The notes below the pieces were generated by a model. That model saw only the letters and a program-made list of their open reading frames with translations. It was not told the origin of the DNA and searched no databases. DNA of 64,000 nt. Source: the human T2T-CHM13v2.0 reference genome, Homo sapiens. Shown piece by piece: positions 55,301 to 64,000 of the stretch. Made by a program: the position numbers and the translations under genes. The stretch lies in the NCBI RefSeq assembly GCF_009914755.1, contig NC_060925.1. The stretch is one strand, 5' to 3'. Position 1 is the stretch's first letter. The number at the start of each line of letters is the position of its first letter.

Positions 55301-58300
55301 TTAGTTTCCATTGGATGATGATTCCATTCGAGTCCATTCAATGATGATCACATTGGATTTCATTCCATAATTCTATTCGATTCCATTTGATGATGATTCC
55401 ATCTGATTCCATTTGATGATCCCATACGATTTCATTCGATGATGATTCCATTCGTTTCCATCCGATGATGATTCATTCGATTCCGTTCAATGATTATTCC
55501 ATTCGAGTCCATTCGATGATTCCATTCGATTCCATTCGATGATGATTGCATTCGAGTCCATGGATTCTTCCATTCCATTCCATTAGATGATTCCATTCGA
55601 GTCCGTTCGATGATTCTCTTTGATTCCATTCGACAATTCCGTTTGATTCCGTTTGATGTTGATTCCATTCGAGTCCATTTGATGATAATTCCATTCGATT
55701 CTATGCGATGATTCCATTCCTTTCCATTTGGAGGTGGTTCCATTCGAGACCATTCGTTGATTGCATTGAATTCATTCGATGACGATTCCATTCAATTCCG
55801 TTCAATGATTCCATTAGATTCCATTTGATGATGATTCCATTCGATTCCATTTGATGATGATTCCATGCGATTCCATTAGATGATGACTCCTTTCATTTCC
55901 ATTCAATGAGGATTCCATTCGGTTCCATTTGATGATGATTCCTTTGAATTCCGTTTGATGACAATTCCATTCAATACCAATTGATGATGTTTATTTTTGA
56001 TTCCATTTGATGATGATTACATTCGATTCCATTTGATCATGATTCCATTCGATTCCACTCGATGATTCCATTCGATTCCATACAATGATTATTCCATTTG
56101 AGTCGATTCGATGACTCCATTCGATTGTATTCAATGGTGATTGAATTCGAGTCCATGGATTAATCCATTGCATTCCACTCGATGATTCCATTCGAGTCCA
56201 TTCGATGATTCTATTCGATTGCATTCGATAATTCCATTCGATTGCATTCGATAAATCCATTTGATTCCATTTGAGGATAATTCCATTTGAGTCCATTCGA
56301 TGATTGTTCCATTCGATTCTATTCGGTAATTCCATTCGACTTCATTTGATAATGATTCCATTCGAGACCATTCGATGATTCTATGCAATTCCATTCAATA
56401 ATGATTCCATTCGAGTCCATTCAACGATTCCATTCAAGTCCATTCGATGATTCCATCTGATTCCATTCAATGAATCCATGCGATTCCATTCTATGAAGAT
56501 TCCATTCATTTCCATCTGATGATGATTCCATTCGATTCCATTGAATGATTCCTTTCGATTCCATTTGATGATGATTTCAATCAATTTCATTCGATGATTC
56601 CATTCGAATCCATTCGATGATGAGTCCATCCATTTCAATTTCATGACAATTCCATTCGTTTCAATTCCATGGTGTTTCCATTCGATTCCATTCGATGTTG
56701 ATTCCATTAGTTTCCATTGGATGATGATTCCATTCGAGTCCATTCAATGATGATCACATTGGATTTCATTCCATAATTCTATTCGATTCCATTTGATGAT
56801 GATTCCATCTGATTCCATTTGATGATCCCATTCGATTCCATTCGATGATGATTCCATTCGTTTCCATCCGATGATGATTCCATTCGATTCCGTTCAATGA
56901 TTATTCCATTCGAGTCCATTCGATGATTCCATTCGATTCCATTCGATGATGATTGCATTCGAGTCCATGAATTTTTCCATTCCATTCCATTAGATGATTC
57001 CATTCGAGTCCGTTCGATGATTCTCTTCGATTCCATTCGATAATTCCGTTTGATTCCGTTTGATGTTGATTCAATTCGAGTCCATTCGATGATAATTCCA
57101 TTCGATTCTATGCGATGATTCCATTCCATTCCATTTGGAGATGGTTCCATTCGAGACCATTCGTTGATTGCATTCAATTCATTCGATGTTCATTCCATTC
57201 AATTCCGTTCAATGATTCCATTAGATTCCATTTGATGATGATTCCATTCGATTCCATTTGATGATGATTCCATTCGATTCCATTAGATGATGACTCCTTT
57301 CATTTCCATTCAATGAGGATTCCATTCGGTTCCATTTGATGATGATTCCTTTGAATTCCGTTTGATGACAATTCCATTCAATACCAATTGATGATGGTTA
57401 TTTTGATTCCATTTGATGATGATTACTTTCGATTCCATTTGATCATGATTCCATTCGATTCCACTCGATGATTCCATTCAATGATGATTCCATTCGAGTT
57501 CATTGACTATTCCATTCCATTTCAATCGATGATTCCTTTCAACTCCATTCGATGATTCTATTCGATTGCATTCGATTATTCCATTCGATTGCATTCGATA
57601 ATTCCATTCGATTCCATTTGAGGATAATTCCATTTGAGTCCATTCGATGATTGTTCCATTCGATTCTATTCGGTGATTCCATTCGATTCCATTTGATAAT
57701 GATTCCATTCGAGACCATTCGATGATTCCATTCAATTCCATTCCATAATGATTCCATTCGAGTCCATTCAACGATTCCATTCAAGTCCATTCGATGATTC
57801 CATCTGATTCCATTCAATGAATCCATGCGATTCCATTCTATGATGATTCCATTCATTTCCATCTGATGATGATTCCATTCGATTCCATTCAATGATTCCA
57901 TTCGATTCCATTTGATGATGATTTCAATCAATTTCGTTCGATGATTCCATTCGAATCCATTCGATGATGAGTCCATCCATTTCAATTTCATGATAATTCC
58001 ATTCGTTTCAATACGGTGGTGTTTCCATTCGACTCCAGTCGATGTTGATTCCATTAGTTTCCATTGGATGATGATTCCATTCGAGTCCATTCGATGATGA
58101 TCACAATGGATTTCATTCCATAATTCTATTCGATTCCATTTGATGATGATTCCATCTGATTCCATTTGATGATTCCATTCGTTTCCATCCGATGATGATT
58201 CCATTCGATTCCGTTCAATGATTATTCCATTCGAGTCCATTCGATGATTCCATTCGATTCCATTCGATGATGATTGCATTCGAGTCCATGGATTCTTCCA

Positions 58301-61300
58301 TTCCATTCCATTAGATGATTCCATTCGAGTCCGTTCGATGATTCTCTTCGATTCCATTCGATAATTCCGTTTGATTCCGTTTGATGTTGATTCCATTCGA
58401 GTCCATTCGATGATAATTCCATTCGATTCTATGCGATGATTCCATTCCATTCCATTTGGAGGTGGTTCCATTCGAGACCATTCGTTGATTGCATTGAATT
58501 CATTCGATGACGATTCCATTCAATTCCGTTCAATGATTCCTTTAGATTCCATTTGATGATGATTCCATTCGATTCCATTTGATGATGATTCCATGCGATT
58601 CCATTAGATGATGACTCCTTTCATTTCCATTCAATGAGGATTCCATTCGGTTCCATTTGATGATGATTCCTTTGAATTCCGTTTGATGACAATTCCATTC
58701 AATACCTATTGATGATGTTTATTTTTGATGCCATTTGATGATGATTACATTCGATTCCATTTGATCATGATTCCATTCGATTCCACTCGATGATTCCATT
58801 CGATTCCATTCAATGATTATTCCATTTGAGTCGATACGATGACTCCATTCGATTGTATTCGATGGTGATTGAATTCGAGTCCATGGATTAATCCATTGCA
58901 TTCCACTCGATGATTCCATTCGAGTCCATTCGATGATTCTATTCGATTGCATTCGATAATTCCATTCGATGGCATTCGATATATCCATTTGATTCCATTT
59001 GAGGATAATTCCATTTGAGTCCATTCGATGATTGTTCCATTCGATTCTATTCGGTGATTCCATTCGACTTCATTTGATAATGATTCCATTCGAGACCATT
59101 CGATGATTCTATTCAATTCCATTCCATAATGATTCCATTCGAGTCCATTCAATGATTCCATTCAAGCCCATTCGATGATTCCATCTGATTCCATTCAATG
59201 AATCCATGCGATTCCATTCTATGATGATTCCATTCATTTCCATCTGATGATGATTCCATTCGATTCCATTCAATGATTCCTTTCGATTCCATTTGATGAT
59301 GATTTCAATCAATTTCATTCGATGATTCCATTCGAATCCATTCGATGATGAGTCCATCCATTTCAATTTCATGATAATTCCATTCGTTTCAATTCGATGG
59401 TGTTTTCATTCGATTCCATTCGATGTTGATTCCATTAGTTTCCATTGGATGATGATTCAATTCGAGTCCATTCAATGATGATCACATTGGATTTCATTCC
59501 ATAATTCTATTCGATTCCATTTGATGATGATTCCATCTGATTCCATTTGATGATCCCATACGATTTCATTCGATGATGATGCCATTCGTTTCCATCCGAT
59601 GATGATTCATTCGATTCCGTTCAATGATTATTCCATTCGAGTCCATTCGATGATTCCATTCGATTCCATTCGATGATGATTGCATTCGAGTCCATCGATT
59701 CTTCCATTCCATTCCATTAGATGATTCCATTCGAGTCCGTTCGATGATTCTCTTTGATTCCATTCGACAATTCCGTTTGATTCCGTTTGATGTTGATTCC
59801 ATTCGAGTCCATTTGATGATAATTCCATTCGATTCTATGCGATGATTCCATTCCTTTCCATTTGGAGGTGGTTCCATTCGAGACCATTCGTTGATTGCAT
59901 TGAATTCATTCGATGACGATTCCATTCAATTCCGTTCAATGATTCCATTAGATTCCATTTGATGATGATTCCATTCGATTCCATTTGATGATGATTCCAT
60001 GCGATTCCATTAGATGATGACTCCTTTCATTTCCATTCAATGAGGATTCCATTCGGTTCCATTTGATGATGATTCCTTTGAATTCCGTTTGATGACAATT
60101 CCATTCAATACCAATTGATGATGTTTATTTTTGATTCCATTTGATGATGATTACATTCGATTCCATTTGATCATGATTCCATTCGATTCCACTCGATGAT
60201 TCCATTCGATTCCATACAATGATTATTCCATTTGAGTCGATTCGATGACTCCATTCGATTGTATTCAATGGTGATTGAATTCGAGTCCATGGATTAATCC
60301 ATTGCATTCCACTCGATGATTCCATTCGAGTCCATTCGATGATTCTATTCGATTGCATTCGATAATTCCATTCGATTGCATTCGATAAATCCATTTGATT
60401 CCATTTGAGGATAATTCCATTTGAGTCCATTCGATGATTGTTCCATTCGATTCTATTCGGTAATTCCATTCGACTTCATTTGATAATGATTCCATTCGAG
60501 ACCATTCGATGATTCTATGCAATTCCATTCAATAATGATTCCATTCGAGTCCATTCAACGATTCCATTCAAGTCCATTCGATGATTCCATCTGATTCCAT
60601 TCAATGAATCCATGCGATTCCATTCTATGAAGATTCCATTCATTTCCATCTGATGATGATTCCATTCGATTCCATTGAATGATTCCTTTCGATTCCATTT
60701 GATGATGATTTCAATCAATTTCATTCGATGATTCCATTCGAATCCATTCGATGATGAGTCCATCCATTTCAATTTCATGACAATTCCATTCGTTTCAATT
60801 CCATGGTGTTTCCATTCGATTCCATTCGATGTTGATTCCATTAGTTTCCATTGGATGATGATTCCATTCGAGTCCATTCAATGATGATCACATTGGATTT
60901 CATTCCATAATTCTATTCGATTCCATTTGATGATGATTCCATCTGATTCCATTTGATGATCCCATTCGATTCCATTCGATGATGATTCCATTCGTTTCCA
61001 TCCGATGATGATTCCATTCGATTCCGTTCAATGATTATTCCATTCGAGTCCATTCGATTAATCCATTCGATTCCATTCGATGATGATTGCATTCGAGTCC
61101 ATGAATTTTTCCATTCCATTCCATTAGATGATTCCATTCGAGTCCGTTCGATGATTCTCTTCGATTCCATTCGATAATTCCGTTTGATTCCGTTTGATGT
61201 TGATTCCATTCGAGTCCATTCGATGATAATTCCATTCGATTCTATGCGATGATTCCATTCCATTCCATTTGGAGATGGTTCCATTCGAGACCATTCGTTG

Positions 61301-64000
61301 ATTGCATTCAATTCATTCGATGTTCATTCCATTCAATTCCGTTCAATGATTCCATTAGATTCCATTTGATGATGATTCCATTCGATTCCATTTGATGATG
61401 ATTCCATGCGATTCCATTAGATGATGACTCCTTTCATTTCCATTTAACGAGGATTCCATTCGGTTCCATTTTATGATGATTCCTTTGAATTCCATTTGAA
61501 GACAATTCCATTCAATACCAATTGATGATGTTTATTTTTGATTTCATTTGATGATGATTACATTCGATTCCATTTGATCATGATTCCATTCGTTTCCACT
61601 CGATGATTCCATTCGATTCCATTCAATGATTATTCCATTTGAGTCGATTCGATGACTCCATTCGATTGTATTCGATGGTGATTGAATTCGAGTCCATGGA
61701 TTAATCCATTGCATTCCACTCGATGATTCCATTCGAGTCCATTCGATGATTCTATTCGATTACATTCGATAATTCCATTCGATTGCATTCGATAAATCTA
61801 TTTGATTCCATTTGAGGATAATTCCATTTGAGTCCATTCGATGATTTTTCCATTCGATTCTATTCGGTGATACCATTCGACTTCATTTGATAATGATTCC
61901 ATTCGAGACCATTCGATGATTCTATTCAATTCCATTCAATAATGATTCCATTCGAGTCCATTCAACGATTCCATTCAAGTCCATTCGATGATTCCATCTG
62001 ATTTCACTCAATGAATCCATTCGATTCCATTCTATGATGATTCCATTCATTTCCATCTGATGATGATTCCATTCGATTCCATTCAATGATTCCTTTCGAT
62101 TCCATTTGATGATGATTTCAATCAATTTCATTCGATGATTCCATTCGAATCCATTCGATGATGAGTCCATCCATTTCAATTTCATGATAATTCCATTCGT
62201 TTCAATTCGATGGTGTTTCCATTCGATTCCATTCGATGTTGATTCCATTAGTTTCCATTGGATGATGATTCCATTCGAGTCCATTCAATGATGATCACAT
62301 TGGATTTCATTCCATAATTCTATTCGATTCCATTTGATGATGATTCCATCTGATTCCATTTGATGATCCCATTCGATTCCATTCGATGATGATTCCATTC
62401 GTTTCCATCCGATGATGATTCATTCGATTCCGTTCAATGATTATTCCATTCGAGTCCATTCGATGATTCCATTCGATTCCATTCGATGATGATTGCATTC
62501 GAGTCCATGGATTCTTCCATTCCATTCCATTAGATGATTCCATTCGAGTCCGTTCGATGATTCTCTTCGATTCCATTCGATAATTCCGTTTGATTCCGTT
62601 TGATGTTGATTCTATTCGAGTCCATTCGATGATAATTCCATTGGATTCTATGTGATGATTCCATTCCATTCCATTTGGAGATGGCTCCATTCGAGACCAT
62701 TCGTTGATTGCATTCAATTCATTCGATGACGATTCCATTCAATTCCGTTCAGTGATTCCATTAGATTCCATTTTAATGATGATTCCATTCGATTCCATTT
62801 GATGATGATTCCATGCGATTCCATTAGATGATGACTCCTTTCATTTCCATTCAATGAGGATTCCATTCGGTTCCATTTGATGATGATTCCTTTGAATTCC
62901 GTTTGATGACAATTCCATTCAATACCAATTGATGATGTTTATTTTTGTTTCCATTTGATGATGATTACATTCGATTCCATTTGATCATGATTCCATTCGA
63001 TTCCATTCAATGATTATTCCATTTGAGTCGATTCGATGACTCCATTCGATTGTATTCGATGGTGATTGAATTCGAGTCCATGGATTAATCCATTGCATTC
63101 CATTCGATGATTCCATTCGAGTCCATTCGATGATTCTATTCGATTGCATTCGATAATTCCATTCGATTGCATTCGATAAATCCATTTGATTCCATTTGAA
63201 GATATTTCCATTTGAGTCCATTCGATGATTGTTCCATTCGATTCTATTCGGTGATTCCATTCGACTTCATTTGATAATGATTCCATTCGAGACCATTCGA
63301 TGATTCTATTCAATTCCATTCAATAATGATTCCATTCGAGTCCATTCAACGATTCCATTCAAGTCCATTCGATGATTCCATCTGATTCCATTCAATGAAT
63401 CCATGCGATTCCATTCTATGATGATTCCATTCATTTCCATCTGATGATGATTCCATTCGATTCCATTCAATGATTCCTTTCGATTCCATTTGATGATGAT
63501 TTCAATCAATTTCATTCGATGATTCCATTCGAATCCATTCGATGATGAGTCCATCCATTTCAATTTCATGATAATTCCATTCGTTTCAATTCGATGGTGT
63601 TTTCATTCGATTCCATTCGATGTTGATTCCATTAGTTTCCATTGGATGATGATTCCATTCGAGTCCATTCAATGATGATCACATTGGATTTCATTCCATA
63701 ATTCTATTCGATTCCATTTGATGATGATTCCATCTGATTCCATTTGATGATCCCATACGATTTCATTCGATGATGATTCCATTCGTTTCCATCCGATGAT
63801 GATTCATTCGATTCCGTTCAATGATTATTCCATTCGAGTCCATTCGATGATTCCATTCGATTCCATTCGATGATGATTGCATTCGAGTCCATGGATTCTT
63901 CCATTCCATTCCATTAGATGATTCCATTCGAGTCCGTTCGATGATTCTCTTTGATTCCATTCGACAATTCCGTTTGATTCCGTTTGATGTTGATTCCATT
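46386..64000 (+). repeat. Irregular monomer domain: A A B B B A B B A B B B B
   Basis: Landmarks fall at 46386(A), 47707(A), 49028(B), 50434(B), 51840(B), 53246(A), 54567(B), 55973(B), 57380(A), 58701(B), 60107(B), 61514(B) and 62921(B). Spacing is 1321 after A and 1406-1407 after B. Confidence 0.92.
53246..61440 (+). repeat. 4134-bp trimer (ABB) tandem duplication
   Basis: Private variants are repeated at offset 4134: CAATACGGTGGTG...GACTCCAGTCG (53875/58009), CCCATACGATTTC (55421/59555), GATGTTCATTCC (~57185/~61319) and TTGATGCCAT. ORF pairs 53405/57539, 55991/60125 and 56779/60913 agree. Confidence 0.93.

Larger units (their letters stand above)
1..64000 (+). repeat. Human Satellite 2 (HSat2/HSATII) tandem array, pericentromeric heterochromatin; CATTC strand on +
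   Basis: Every line is built from diverged CATTC/GATTC pentamers arranged as 23-bp (ATGATTCCATTCGATTCCATTCG) and 26-bp (ATGATGATTCCATTCGATTCCATTCG) units with ATGATG interruptions and abundant TCGA. This is the established HSat2 signature; HSat3 has long pure (CATTC)n runs, which are absent here. The array runs off both window ends with no orientation switch. Confidence 0.98.

Noticed and set aside
61441-61560. Run of substitutions (CATTTAACGAGG, TTTATGATG, TTTGAAGAC) as foreign sequence
   Set aside because: It remains colinear with the monomer consensus and simply marks the start of a more diverged monomer beyond the right edge of the 4134-bp duplication.
549-63999. Numerous minus-strand ORFs of 60-379 aa as protein-coding genes
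   Set aside because: They overlap in several frames, recur with the satellite period and translate to low-complexity pentamer-derived text with no recognisable domain, promoter or splice structure.
1-64000. CRISPR-like array (23-26-bp repeats)
   Set aside because: There are no unique spacers, no leader and no cas genes; the units are contiguous and degenerate.
1-64000. HSat3, alpha satellite or telomeric repeat identity
   Set aside because: Pure CATTC runs do not exceed about three copies, and there is no 171-bp period, CENP-B box or TTAGGG.
1-64000. Inversion, Alu/L1 insertion or embedded unique sequence
   Set aside because: I saw no GAATG-oriented block, poly(A) tail or non-satellite stretch. 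All landmark spacings are accounted for by monomer lengths and the small indels listed.

Overview
The whole 64-kb window is one uninterrupted array of human (or great-ape) Satellite 2 (HSat2/HSATII), i.e. pericentromeric heterochromatin. The CATTC-rich strand is on + throughout. I found no inversion, transposon insertion, RNA gene or credible protein-coding gene; the supplied ORFs are by-products of the stop-poor GAATG strand. The array is hierarchically nested: CATTC/GATTC pentamers form 23- and 26-bp units, then two ancient homologous half-monomers (~0.6 and ~0.8 kb), then two monomer types (A 1320-1321 bp, B 1406-1407 bp; 47 copies of a once-per-monomer landmark counted), then an AB dimer of 2727-2728 bp. 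On top of this lie recent local duplications of 5052, 8157 (plus an internal 2728), 5455, 1406 and 4134 bp. Strict AB alternation holds to ~46.4 kb and then breaks down into AABBBABBABBBB. Several diagnostic variants occur on both flanks but not in the homogeneous centre, suggesting a young central expansion inside an older layer. I found no novel gene system; the interest lies in the repeat architecture and the recombination and conversion scars. Coordinates were counted by eye and may be off by a few bases.
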